Positions 12,693 through 26,198 of a stretch of DNA of 64,000 nucleotides are shown here, piece by piece. Made by a program: the position numbers and the translations under genes. The DNA comes from Octopus sinensis. Lineage: Eukaryota. Each line of letters opens with the position of its first letter. Within the stretch, counting starts at the first letter, position 1. The stretch covers positions 71,300,001 to 71,364,000 of the forward strand of contig NC_043002.1 in NCBI RefSeq assembly GCF_006345805.1, in the 5' to 3' direction. Under the pieces are notes generated by a model. The model made no database searches, had not been told where the DNA came from, and saw nothing but the letters and a program-made list of their open reading frames with translations.

Positions 12693-15238
12693 CACCCTTT
12701 ATCGAATAAGCATGCCACTTCGTAATAATCGTTGTTATTATTAATATTGTTGATATCATATACTCCAGGAAACTTATATGGTTAAGGTAATATGTTCAGA
12801 ATTATCCAACGGAATATATCTCTAAATTCTTATCTTATGAGAATATTATTGGATTAATATATTAACTGTTGAATAACCTATTCTGAATACCAAACTGAGA
12901 GCAAACTGGTAAACGTTTGGAGTAATCCCATAGTATCTAAAATAATATATATTTGTGTGTGCGTGTGTGTGAGTGAGTGTATATATACACACACACGCAC
13001 GCACATGTGTGTGTGTTTGTAATTATGCTTTTACTTTGCAATATTTTCGTATTCCAGTACTAAGATCCACAGGCGTTATTCAAAATTCTATATATTCTCA
13101 GTAATTTAAGGAGTGCAGTTTAGAGACGTTTCTCAAAATTACAGAAATATTTTTCTTCTTTTTACTGAGATGAACCCTATATACCCGTATTGTTCTTGTA
13201 GTTTCATTCAATTTTGTCCTCCTGTTTCCTCAAGTTAAGCGAAACATAACAAATTGGAAAATGCAAAGAGAAAAAGAATAGGAAGAACAGAAGAACGAAA
13301 TAGCTTTTTAGCTAAATTCATATTATTGACTTGTAAATTTTACTACTAACATGAAAAGTGTCCGAAAATAGTTGTTTCACTAAAATTACTCACTAAAAAA
13401 AATTATGTTGATGGTTGAGAGCTGTCAAGTGGAAATTCGTGAAAAAAATAGATAGAAATGAATTTCCACCCCCACCATCTTCCACTGAGACAATAAAGAG
13501 AGAAGTTCGTTTACTTTCTAAGTGAATGACTAGTCAGTGATGGAAAATGATGTTGATTTTATTTTTATACATATTATGTGATGTTTTTTTTTACTTTTTG
13601 CTAATTTACGTTTATTTGTTGTGTATTTTTTCTCTTTAAATTATGTCTACGAATATAAGAGAATTTGTCAGAATAATTCATTTTTTATTTACTTTATTGT
13701 TTCTCCCAAAATAGATGCTTATTCGAAAAGCTACAGTTAGAGTTTTCTAACAAATCATTATTCAAAATTATTGAAAACTATTTCAGTGAATGTGTAACTA
13801 TGCATATGACATTAGCAGAAAAAATGGCAAATCTTAAGCTAAAGAGACCTTACTTCCTAAAAGCCTATTGTGTTAATGCATCAACTGTAATACTATCCAC
13901 GATTTTGCTATCTCGCAATAAACTCTATCAAACAGATTTTAATTAATTCCCATGTAAAATATTTACAAGGAACATAATCTATTTTAGACTATGATAAGAG
14001 TGTGTTCTTGTATAATGTCAATCTTATAACCATCACTTACGATCTGAGCTGTGTTGGTATTTATACCTACTAATCTAATTCATCAGGAATCCTAAGAATG
14101 TGCAGCACCATAAATCTAGATGGAGTTCTCCGGCAGAAAGTAAATAACAAAATTGACTGGCAATATGGGATTATGACGTAACGTACATGTATATAGGCTT
14201 ACCGATTTTAGTTTACAACTCTTGCTGTTTTAAGAATAAAACAGAAACATGCTCTGTGATTCGATATCCTAAAAATACATATAAGTATATTCCAACTAAA
14301 AACATCCTTTAACAAAATAGCCATTAACATATTACGCAGTATTTTTGCAACTAATACAAATATGGAATATACATACAGTAGTGTATATATATATATAGAA
14401 TAAAATATCCGTCCTTAATTATATATATATAATAAAAGGCTTCCAAATAAGGAAGCGGAGTGCTAGAAACACAAAAAGGGATAAATTCATGAAAGGAATG
14501 AAAATTAAAAACATTTACCATCTCAGTTTTTTACCGGCATCCTCTCTGTCGCCGGTTAGGATTTGCGTCTGCGCTAACGTTTCTGCCAGCTCATGGTTCT
14601 TCTATCTTTTCCTATCACTGTGAAGCCTGTCATCTTTACAATCGAATAATATCATGGATAAAGTTTACATATCTCTTATGATTTGGCACTTAGTTACGTA
14701 ATCTGTAATAAGCAGCTATTAATCACATTATGTTAATGAATCGTACGAAAGTTGGCACCAATACATATTTTATAAACAAAACCTCATGTTTCAGTTAGTC
14801 TTTCGCTTATATGGCTGCGTATCAACAAAAGCCAGATTTAATAACAACGAAAAAATTGCAATGTGTAAACGTAGACATGTTTAGAGAAAGTATTTGTAAA
14901 TTCTCACCCCGTTTAAGGTTTAAATTACGTGTTTCACTCATTGGATTTCGCCTATGCAGGAGCTCCACCTTGTGGGGGTTTAGTGGTACACTTCGACTGC
15001 AATACTTATTTACTTGAATCCTTGTACATATTCTGACTATTTTTCCCGAACCACTAATGTACGTAAACAAACCAACACCAGTGGTGCAGCGGTGACATAT
15101 ATACCAGCGTTAGACTATATACCAGAAATCCCTAGTTCGTCGGGTTCGTTCTGCGTCTGCGCAGTGATCTGATTAGTTAGAAAGAGCAAATTAGTAGACG
15201 CACATGTGTCTATCGAGTTGCGCTTCATAATAACAGGA

Positions 15239-15313
15239 ATCTTACTGAAGAGCCTACCTGAGTAAATAAATATTATTTTTATTGCTGAAAAAGGCGAAAC
15301 TGCAGTCTAAGAT
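15239..15313 (+). ncRNA. Intact canonical type I hammerhead ribozyme
   Basis: Stem I ATCTTA/TAAGAT (6 bp); CTGAAGA 15245-15251; stem II GCCT/AGGC with G10.1-C11.1; GAAA 15296-15299; stem III palindrome ACTGCAGT; GUC triplet, predicted cut after C15307. Confidence 0.88.
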
Positions 15314-15481
15314 GAACAGAGTTAGTAAACGTTTTTATCTTCATTTCACTAAATTTATCAAGCTTCTGTGTTTCTAGTACATACTTCGCCTTTAATGTAC
15401 TTATATATGAATAATATATGGCCTGTGCTAGAAACACCAGCGATAATAATTAATTTTATTTTATCGCATTTTGAATTTGTT

Positions 15482-15519
<38 letters not shown>

Positions 15520-15660
15520 CAGCCGAAATTGCTAAGATGATCCGGTTCCGACTAAAGATTAGAGGCTTCGAGTGACCTGTCTGTTTTTTTGTATCGTCTC
15601 TTTGTGTGTTTTTGCGTTCTTGTCCCACTTTGTAATTTATATTTTATATTTTATATTTGA
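15520..15660. mobile_element. Dispersed repeat fragment (putative Penelope-like terminal repeat, family B)
   Basis: Homologous to 43760-43865 and to the reverse complements of 46281-46430 and 60340-60500. Confidence 0.5.
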
Positions 15661-15664
15661 TTTC

Positions 15665-16127
<463 letters not shown>

Positions 16128-16197
16128 TTCTATCGCTCCACCACCATTCATCTCTCTTTGAGACATTTAGAAAGTCTATATTTCATATATATATATG

Positions 16198-17645
16198 CAG
16201 TCTTCGCCAAAAGTATTAGCCCCCCCCCCAATATTTCGGGGTTCTGCTATCTCACAGTTAATGAAACTCGTGCACATGGTAGATTATGGTATAGTTCACA
16301 CTATACATTAGATTTAATATCCGGTTGACCCTCCGTTAGCATGAATTACCACTTTTATTCTGTACATATGCAACCAATTATGAGTAAGACCAAAGTCCAA
16401 AGTTAACTTATGCTTCCTTGATTATTTCACAATTTTATACTAAAATACGTTGTAGATACAGCTAATAAACAGTAAAACGGCTAAAACAAGGGAGTTGAGG
16501 GAGTGTGAGCGAGGTCAAATCGTAGCGCATCATGAAGAGGGAATGTTTCAAAGGCAAATTGCTCAGAAGATGAAATGTTTTCGAATTTCGGTGCAAACGA
16601 CTCTCAGGCTCTTCAGGGAGACCAAAGATGTAATGACTAAGACCCGGTAGAAAAATGGTTACATCAGCTTGTGATGACAGATCCATTATCCGTCAGTCGC
16701 TCAGAAACAGGAGAAAAACATCGTCAGAGCGTTGTACGGACTTCAACGAGGCATGTACTTCACAAATTAATATCAACCAGATCTGTTAGAAGAAGGCTTA
16801 TAGAGTACGGTCTTCAGTGGGACAATAACCACTCAAATTGGACCAGTGAGCAATGGTCGAAAGTCTTGTAAAGTCTGATGAAAGTAACTTTGAGGTAAGA
16901 TAGTACATGTATTCAATCAACATATAAACTTAATGCAACTGGTTTGTTGCCCGAAATATACAAAAAAAAAGCATCCATGTTTCATGTTTTTACTCAAGTT
17001 TTCGGTACATCTGGTGCAACTTTCGTGCTTCACAGAGTTGGGGAAGCATTTAAGGCTGAATGTCTGGTGCCAACCGTGAAACATGGGGGTTTTCTATCAT
17101 GGTGTGGGCCTGTATGTCTGTCACAAGACCCAGAGAAATGTTTTTTATATCAAGGAAGGATGAATTCAGCTACCTATGTTTGTATGTTATCGGACGTTTT
17201 AGAGTCATCAATTGCTGATTACATCCTGGAGTGTGGCAAAACAGTGTTACCTTTCAAAAGGACAACGCTCCATGTCAAACAGCAAGGAGTAATCACAAAT
17301 TATTGTTTCCTTGGACTGGTCAGCTCAATGTCTCGATCTACATCCGATCGAATACCTATGGAGAACACTTTATAAAGCTCTCAGGAACACAACAATTAAA
17401 AATAAAGAGCATTTGTATCAACAGTTGAGAGACGAATGGAGAAAAATTGCGCCTAGCACCTGCAAGAAACTTGTTAATTCAATATCTAACCGTATAAAAG
17501 GAGTAATTGATATTAAAGGGTCAACTAGATATTAAAACTAATGTATATTGTAAAATATACCATAATCTACCATTTGCACTACTTTAACATTGAGATAGCA
17601 GAACCCAAAAACATCGGGGTGGCCTAATACTTTTGGTCAAGGGTG
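16198..17645 (+). mobile_element. Tc1-family DNA transposon, full length but decayed, with ~95-bp imperfect TIRs and a probable intron in the transposase
   Basis: TIRs share CCAAAAGTATTAG...GGGTTCTGCTATCTCA...ATGGTAGATTATGGTATA; HTH RELRECERGQIV, WSKVL*SDESNFE, LVPTVKHGG, FQKDNAPC, LDLHPIEYLW; frameshifts and stops present. Confidence 0.92.
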
Positions 17646-17739
<94 letters not shown>

Positions 17740-19661
17740 GCATATATATATTATATATATACATGTATGTATATGTATGCGTTTATGTCTGTATGTACAT
17801 ATGTATGCATGTGTAAGTGTGACCATGTGTGTGCATGTGTGCTTGACTTTTTGCTTGTGTATGCTTATGTATCTGTGTGAATACTCATTAGGTTAGGAAT
17901 ACTTGACTGTTGTTATTGAGAAAGTATTTGAGAATCATAGAACGGCGATTGTATAGACGAATTGAAACAATTTCACGCTGCAAACCTGAAACTGTTAAAC
18001 AAGTCAACTCTCCACAATAAACTACTTAATTAACCAGGAAACGGTTTTTCCTGCTGGCAAGATGAGTTTAACTTTTGGCCTGAAGCTACGCCTGGAGCAA
18101 GATTCTAATTATCAAAATTAGTTCACCAACTACGGTGATTGGGGGGAAAAAAAGGAAATAGCGCTCTCCTTCGCAGTTTTGTCGATGAATTGAATTATAA
18201 ATTTCTAGTCACTTATTTTGGGAGGTCAATTTTTCTTCATCGATCGTTGAAATTCATAAGACAGATATATTCCGTATTAAGAGAGAGAAATTGCTTACTG
18301 AAAAACAAAAATATAAAATTCTGGATTGTTAAAGTTTCCTACGCCACTAATCTTATTATGACCATGCTGATGATGGTGATGAGCAAAAGCAGGGGAAGTG
18401 GAGAGTGGTAATCACGACGATGCTGATGATGCCGAGGCGGTTAGTATAGGCAGGGTGTGTAATTCTTGATTGTGGTTTGGGGATGAAATCGGTTAGGTCC
18501 CTGTTATTTTCCATTCCTCTACAAAATTGATATTAGAGCTGAAATTTATTCATAAATTTTCTATTTTCTCCACTTAGGTAAAACTTGTTCATACTACACG
18601 ATGTATGTGTTTATGAATATCAATTTTTGAATATACCATAAATAAAGAAAGTGTTACCTTCTGATACAATTCTTATTATCTATGATTTAGAACTTTCGTT
18701 GCTTGTATCCGTAACATAATTAATAGAAACTCAGATAGTGTATATTTTTCGTATTATCATAAAAGATAATTTGATTTATTATCTTTATGAAATTGTTATC
18801 GTCAAAGACATTGTAAACATAGGAATTTAAATTGGACTATAACATTCAATGTGTGTTCTTAAGTTATAAATTTTATTTGAGAATGATTTACATGATATTT
18901 CTCTGAGTTGAAGCAATATTCTAAAGGTTACTTTGCTGGCTGTGTTTTGTCTAACAATACAAATGGTAATACGGAAGCTGGAACATGCTATGTGAAAGTA
19001 CGACTGTTTAGCATGGCACAAAGCTAACACAAAATCAACATTTCATTGGTGAAGTTTATCAAAACAATGCACAGCCCACAACTTTTCCAAGTTTACTTAG
19101 TTGAAAAACCCACAAGTGCATTGAAACCCTTCAAAGTACAGGAACAAATGTTTTGGAATTGAATGAAACCTTTTCTAACCTAGCATGACATAATATCCTT
19201 TCTGTTTACAGATTATACACCATGTTACATGGGAAGACCTCGGATAGGCTTTCTTCATTTATTTAATGATCCTCCATAACACTCTTTTGGAGAAGTGTAC
19301 GATTGTGAAAGACTAAGAGAGATAGAAAATAACAAAAAAAGAATCATTCGGAGTACATTACAGACCCAATTTATCCAACCTGGAAGGATGAAAGAAAAAA
19401 ATTATCTCAGAAAAAATTGAACTCAGAGAGCCGAAACTAATCTGCTAAGGGTTTAACCTTCCTGCCACTCGAAGCAATCATAGGTAGAGCTATTTTAATT
19501 CTAAAATATATTAGAATACACCAGTCTCCAAATACCACAGTTTAATTACCACATAAACATTCCGATTGTTTTCTGCCCCTTGTGGGTAATAATAAAACCA
19601 TTCCGATTGTTTTCTCTATATAAAAGTCTAATTTTAATCAACAAAGTACGTTATGTTGGGT

Positions 19662-19971
19662 GGAGGCACATGGCCTAGTGGTTAGAGCAGCGGACTCGCG
19701 GTCCAGGGATCGCAGGTTCGAATCTCAGACCGGGCGATGTGTGCGTTTATGAGCGAAACACCTAAGCTCCACGCGGCTCCGGAAGAAGGTAATGGCGAAC
19801 TTCTGCTGACTCTTTCGCCACAACTTTCTCTCACTCTTTCCTCCTACATCTTGCAGCTCACCGGCGACGGACCGGCATCCAGTCCAGTTGGTGAACTATA
19901 CGCCAAGAAAACCGAGAAACCAGCCATATGAGCCATGCGTGGTTCGAGTAGGAACAAACAACAACAACAAC
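19662..19971 (+). mobile_element. tRNA-derived SINE, family B, tail type 2 ending in (CAA)n
   Basis: A box TGGCCTAGTGG and B box GGTTCGAATCT; head and body shared with 1309, different 3' third. Confidence 0.85.
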
Positions 19972-20413
19972 GTTTGGTTGGAAAGCACATTAAGTTGAAT
20001 AAATGAAATGTTGCTTTGGAAAATTTGTTTTAATATACATTTGGGGGAAAATCCTCAGTAATAAGAGTAAGATGCCGATTTTCTGTTAATAGTGTTGAAG
20101 ACTACAAATAATCTCCTTTTGCAAACGCTTAAATGTTAATTTGGACACAGTTGAAAGAAATCTTTATCCTATGAAAGAAAATATTAGACGAATTAAGTAT
20201 TTTTGCCATTAAAATATCGGATTAGTGCGATGTTACAAACTTTCTATAAACTTGATCTATATAATAGCACGCAGCTGATGTCTATATATATGTATGTGTT
20301 TTTCAATGTGCATATATATATTGTGTATATGTATATGTATTTTATTGTGTGGATGTATGTAGACATATATATATACGTATGTATGTATACACACACATAT
20401 ATATTATATATAT

Positions 20414-20456
<43 letters not shown>

Positions 20457-20469
20457 TATATATATTATA

Positions 20470-21020
20470 TAAAATCGTTGTGCGTGTGTGTATGTGTGTG
20501 TGTCTTTTAGAATCTCGGGCATCCTCCATCCTATTACGCTGAAACTTGATATGTAGATACTGACGGTATCAGGGCGTATATAAGTCTTCAAAAAATTACA
20601 AAAATCTATTCCAGGTGAGAATGCGATCAATAAAGCCATGGGAACATGCATTTGTACGCGCAAGTACATCAGCTGTACTTGCGATCTATACTACGCGTAC
20701 GCGAGAAAAATGCAGGTTTTGCTTGCGCAAAAAAAGCCGGTTGGCTTGAAATAATGGCAAAAAATGAAGTACATTTAAGATACCCAAAAAGCCTGATCTT
20801 TAGCCACAGAAGGATGTGGGCATGCGGTAAGCCTCTCTTCTGCCTTTTCACGTTGTGTGTGAAACAAAGAACTGCTCCGAACAAAAGGCCGTGCCTGAGC
20901 AAATCCATCATTTTTTGAAGTTTGCAATGATGTCGTGCCCGTGAGATGAATGTTGAGGAGATGCGGAGTTTGGTTTAAATATTTGACAACTCAGCACCAT
21001 CCATTGGACGAGAGGCGTTT
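20470..21020 (-). mobile_element. Helitron relic carrying a Rep (HUH) fragment
   Basis: QKRGLPHAHILLWLK at 20798-20842, preceded by HDIIA..F.K / MDLLRHGLLFG; this is Helitron Rep motif II. Confidence 0.85.
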
Positions 21021-21043
21021 TGCTCGTATATACATATACATAC

Positions 21044-21161
<118 letters not shown>

Positions 21162-21308
21162 TATATATATATGTATATATATACACATATATATACATAT
21201 TTATATATATACATATATATATATATATGTATGTATGTATGTATACATATATAGAGAGATAGATAAATACATAGATAGATAGATATAGATATAGGTGTGT
21301 GTTTGTGT

Positions 21309-21423
21309 GTCACACGGCTTTGGTCGGCCCGAAGCGATAGTAGAAGAAACTTGCCCAAGGAACCATGTTTCCGGGTTGAGTGCCACTGCGTGGTACCTTG
21401 GGCAAGTTTCTTCTACTATAGCT
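21309..21423. mobile_element. Inverted pair of family A SINE core fragments
   Basis: Perfect 24-bp arms at 21337-21360 and 21396-21419 with a 35-nt spacer. Confidence 0.85.
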
Positions 21424-24099
21424 TCATGATATTGATTTTGTGAAACTCATTTTGGTCCTGGACTCCAACATACCATGGTTTTTATGAAATGAACTTTTTT
21501 GACGCACTGTTTACTTTGAGGAGAGTAAGTCGAGTGATATTTTATTCTATTTAAATTTTTAGCCGCATGACACGCTTTAGAATTTTTAGCCGATTGTAAG
21601 TACTTTTTTGATAGGCCGTTCTATATATCTGTGTTCCTTTTATTCGCATATATATTTTTAACTTATGTTTTTTTATATATATTTACGAACATATATTGTA
21701 ATATAAGATGATTTTAAGGAGAATCTTCAGCAGGTACACATTCTGACGGCCTTTTCGAGAATATGTAGGTTGAGATGGGTGAATTATTTCCAACCATAAC
21801 AACCATTCACATTTCTCTTAATAGAGGTATAATAAGAAGTTATACAAAAGAGTTATTTTTTTTTTAATTTTAAAAAGCAGAATTTTAAAGTTTCTGAAGA
21901 TTCTTCTTCAAATCCTCTTGTACCAGAATTTCATCTATTTTTCATCTATTACCGCTTTACATTCACCATGTGCATATTTTAATATCCTCAGTGATTTCCA
22001 GTATGGATATACAACCTCATAAGATCTCATGCAGGCACATTTATATGTTTTTTTTTATATATTTATATATTTTTATATTATATTATGTATATAGATGCAC
22101 CTATGTATGCTGCGAAGTATTCCGATGCTCTGAAATATATTGAGTGATTAAGAACACTGAACTTTGAAATTTGTCCTCTCTTTGTTGGTGTTATATATAT
22201 TTTCAACTGGCTTCTGCATAATTTCTGTCAATCAGATTCATTCGCAAAGTAATTGTCGGCTTGAGGCTAAGGAAACAATTCTCTAATGTGTCACGCCGTG
22301 ACCGAACTCGAAACATCGCGTTTGCCAAACGAACTTGTTAACCACATTAATCAAAGTTTATAAGATTATTATTGACACTATTTCTATTGTTTTATTTATT
22401 TCAATAACTGATATACTGTCGTGCTAGAGACCCCGTCCAGTTGTTTTCTCAGTATTGTTGTTTATATGGCAGTGAGTTGGTGGAATCATTTGAGCATTGC
22501 AGGGAATGTTTTTTTCATTTTTGTTTCTACTTGATAATTACGTTCTGATTTCAAATCGCGCCCGGGACAAAAAAATTGCCTTTTAACATTAGTAGTCTAT
22601 AAAATAAACTATCACTCAAGTACTATGATCGATGGTCAATTTCTCGCTTGTTCACAAATCAGAATCCATTATATTAATACGTTGTGAGAAACACCACGAG
22701 CCCATGATTTGAGTTTCAATTTCCGCTGAAACACCAAACAGATTTCAATTTACGATTAAACTGATTTACACTTCAATACGCCACTGACGTCATTATGGAT
22801 GTCATCAATGTTACACTCTTTTAATACCTTCTGCTGTCAACTGTATAAAGTATATATAATCTGAAATCAGAGAAAGCTAGTTATATGATGTGTCCACAGA
22901 AGCTTGTGCGTAGAAATATTCAAATAATCATGAGGTTTCCACGTCTTGGAGGATTGAAGATTCTTACATTCTTGACTTTTGTATCTTCAAGCGAAAACAA
23001 TAAGGTGTGGTGTGTTTTTACTGTAAATTATAAGATATCGCATATCTGACTCTGAAATCTTTAATTAGCTATCTCTTAACTATGTGAAGCATTCCGAGCG
23101 ACAAAATCCTTTCGTTACATGTGCCGCGTTGTGACGAGTTCGAATCGTAGCATATCGAAATAGTATATTCTTTGAATCCTCGCAGCAAGTGAACCATTCT
23201 TTTTCTAAGAATGCTTCATAAAACATTATATTAATACTTCATTGATAAAAAAAATATTACTGCATTCTTAGTTAGAGTATATGTATTAGTTCTTTTTCTA
23301 TTCTTCCATTTTTTTCAGTTACCGGTCAGCGCCCATTCTAAGGCACTCTCTGCATTGTTTTCCCTATTATTTTAATGTTTGTATGTCAGCACGCTGGCAG
23401 AATCATTTTTATGCTGGACAAAATATTTAGTGGTATATATTTTGGGTCTTTAGATTCTGATTTCAAATTCTTCAGTGGTCAGCTTGCCGGATTAAATTAA
23501 TATTAAGCAGATATTGGGGCCAGTGTAATCTATTTGTCCTTTGCAACCGTTGGCCTTGTGCAAAAATTAGAAACTTTTATTAGTTGGAATCAATCGTACA
23601 TATACACGAAATTAAATTCATTAAAGTAACGTACGGTGTAGCTCTTAGCTAAATGTAACTAAGATCCAGTTGAAGCCATATATTTCCAATATACGGACAT
23701 GTAAGTAAAGTTACTTCAATGGTTTATCGATTTCTCTGCTGTACTTTTAAAGTATGAGGAACCTACATTTAAAAATATAATACTGCTAGTTGTAACGCTA
23801 ACGATTTTCTCAATAAGGACTTGAAAACAAGTAAAGTGAAAAAGAAATTCAAACAGGAATGAAGGAACGTGGGTGGTGTATGCCCAGGGCACACAATGCA
23901 CATTTCGAGGAAATATTTTCTACTCATATTCCGTATACATCATTATTAGCATATGATGTTTATTTGAACTGAAGTGGTACTGGTGAATAGGACAGGTTGA
24001 TTTTCCACACGTTTGTAGTTAATAACTTTGGACTAATTGAGTAGTGAGGGCTTAATATCTAAGAGCCCTTAGAAGCAAAGGGGGGCCTCATAAGGTGGT

Positions 24100-24720
24100 T
24101 TAGGGCTTTGGCTAGAATGTGTTTGTGCTTGATTCGAATCCATGAACAGTATAGGATGCTTCAGATGTCAGCTTCACTGCTCTTCCAACACTCTGAGAAT
24201 TTGAAGGCAAATCAGGCAGTTCCAGCTTGTTGCCATTCAGTAATGCTTATTAAATTCCTGGTCAGAAACGTTTTCGGTGAGACCAAGTTTACAAATCCCA
24301 CCTCATCACAAGGACGAATAAGTGAAGCAGAAATGTCAAAAAATTTATCCAGATTTTCCTCCTTATTCTGCTCCTAGACTGTTGAAGGAGATTTGCGGTT
24401 TATCTCTTTTGCTTTCTTGAACACATTTTATCCACTAATTTTATCGCATAATATTCCTCATACAGGAGCAGCCGTTCGTTTATTGCTTGCCAGATCCCAA
24501 TTACATCCTTTGCTATTATTTTAGCAATATCCTTGTGTTTTAAGTCAGGGTGGATTACTGTTTTGTGGGGGATAATTGTACTGAAGGAGGCTCTGTTTTA
24601 TCTAAAGGGGAATGCTGACCACAGAATGTTTTGGCACTATCACTTCGAGTTAATACTGCAGATTTCTTTTTCTACACATTATTATGAAATATCTGAAAAT
24701 AGTTTAATTCAATAAGAATT
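24100..24720 (-). mobile_element. Internally deleted hAT-like (possibly hATm-type) transposase relic
   Basis: N-terminal-type LDKFFDIS (24329-24352) lies close to C-terminal-type PSNSQSVGRAVKLTSEAS (24155-24207), which resembles the recalled P.H.QAVER.VKLVTEAS motif; the family name is from memory. Confidence 0.55.
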
Positions 24721-25250
24721 TGAGAGGCAAATATCATTAGAGAGTACAAAATGATACATCAATAAACATCTATAAAGCATTTATACATGTTCTAGGCATC
24801 GTTTTGTTGAAAACGATAAATTTCAATTGGTTATTTTGATTAAATTAGGTCCAATGGTTGGCTTTTTATGCATAAAATTTTACAACATAAAATTAACTGG
24901 GAATGTTCAAAATATACAATCATTTTCATAAATAAGAGTTAATGCAACGTTTTCGATACATTAATACTTTTGTATCAAGACTAGTCTAAGATAACAGTTC
25001 CAAAATCGACCCACCCTATTGGTGGAATGTGTTGTTATCATTCCATACGTGTCTTATATTTTTGTTTTAAACTTATGCCGATATGGATGTAGAGCAAAAA
25101 TGATACTCGAGAGAATCTGAAATCAATATCTAGAATGGATGAGAATGTACAAGAAAACATTTTTCATTATTGGCATATGCAAAATTGTAATAATGTGTGT
25201 ATACCATTTTTACTTATGTTACTTCTGGAAGGTTGTAAGACAAATAGGCA

Positions 25251-25316
25251 AGCTAGTACAAACTTTTGGAAATTTTGTTAGAATTTTGTTAAAATTTCCA
25301 AAAGTTTGTACTAGCT
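25251..25316. repeat. Perfect palindrome with 26-bp arms and a 14-nt loop
   Basis: AGCTAGTACAAACTTTTGGAAATTTT / AAAATTTCCAAAAGTTTGTACTAGCT. Confidence 0.95.
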
Positions 25317-25415
25317 GTAGCGATACATATTCTAAAATTGGAACGATACAGAGAACATTAGCATGGCCCTTGCGCAAGGATGACAAGCAAAATCGTGAAG
25401 CGTTCCATATCTTTT
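25308..25415 (+). pseudogene. U6: U6 snRNA pseudogene, near full length (108 nt), with a degenerate 5' stem-loop
   Basis: ACATATTCTAAAATTGGAACGATACAGAGAACATTAGCATGGCCCTTGCGCAAGGATGACAAGCAAAATCGTGAAGCGTTCCATATCTTTT has about 6 differences from the recalled metazoan U6 core; ACAGAGA box and AGC triad intact; no TATA box seen upstream. Confidence 0.93.
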
Positions 25416-25417
25416 CT

Positions 25418-25582
25418 AAGGCGCAGGAGTAGCTTTGTGGCAAGTAGCTTGCTTACCAACCACATGGTTGCGAGTTCAGTCCTACTGCGTGGCACCTTGG
25501 GCGATTGTCTTCTACTATAACCTCGGGCCGACCAAATCCTTGTGAGTGGATTTGGTAGACGGAAACTGAAAGAAGCCCGTCG

Positions 25583-25615
<33 letters not shown>

Positions 25616-25760
25616 GTGTGTGTGAGGCGGGGTGTTTGTGTGTCTGTGTTTGTCCTCGCAACATCGCTTGAGAACCGATGCAGGAATGTTTACGTCGCCA
25701 TAACTTAGAGACCGATAAAATATGTACTAGGCTTACAAGGAGTAAGTCCTGGGGTCGATA
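25418..25760 (+). mobile_element. Family A SINE starting 2 nt after the U6 terminator
   Basis: Head AAGGCGCAGGAGTAGCTTTGTGG, CCTTGGGCG core and internal microsatellite. Confidence 0.88.
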
Positions 25761-25997
25761 TATAAATTATTTATATATATATATATTAATAATAATGATA
25801 ATATGACAACAAAAGAATGAATGAGACCTCGATATTATGTAAAATATAGGAATTTGTCTATAAATATAATATGTGACAATTAGTTGGTTGTCATAATAAA
25901 AGTCATAGTTTCGGACAACGGAGCAGTTTTCAGCCCCGGTATCCGAAAACTGAGTTTTATTATGACAACCAACTAATTGTAACATATTATATATGTA

Positions 25998-26079
<82 letters not shown>

Positions 26080-26083
26080 ATAT

Positions 26084-26117
<34 letters not shown>

Positions 26118-26145
26118 ATAATATATGTATATATGTATATATATG

Positions 26146-26198
<53 letters not shown>

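Noticed and set aside
14030-14095. Minus-strand CTGATGA...GATCGTAAGTG resembling the 4152 family
   Set aside because: No GAAA and no stem II; too degenerate to call.
25308-25415. Functional U6 gene
   Set aside because: The 5' stem-loop is disrupted, several invariant positions are substituted and no upstream TATA box is visible.
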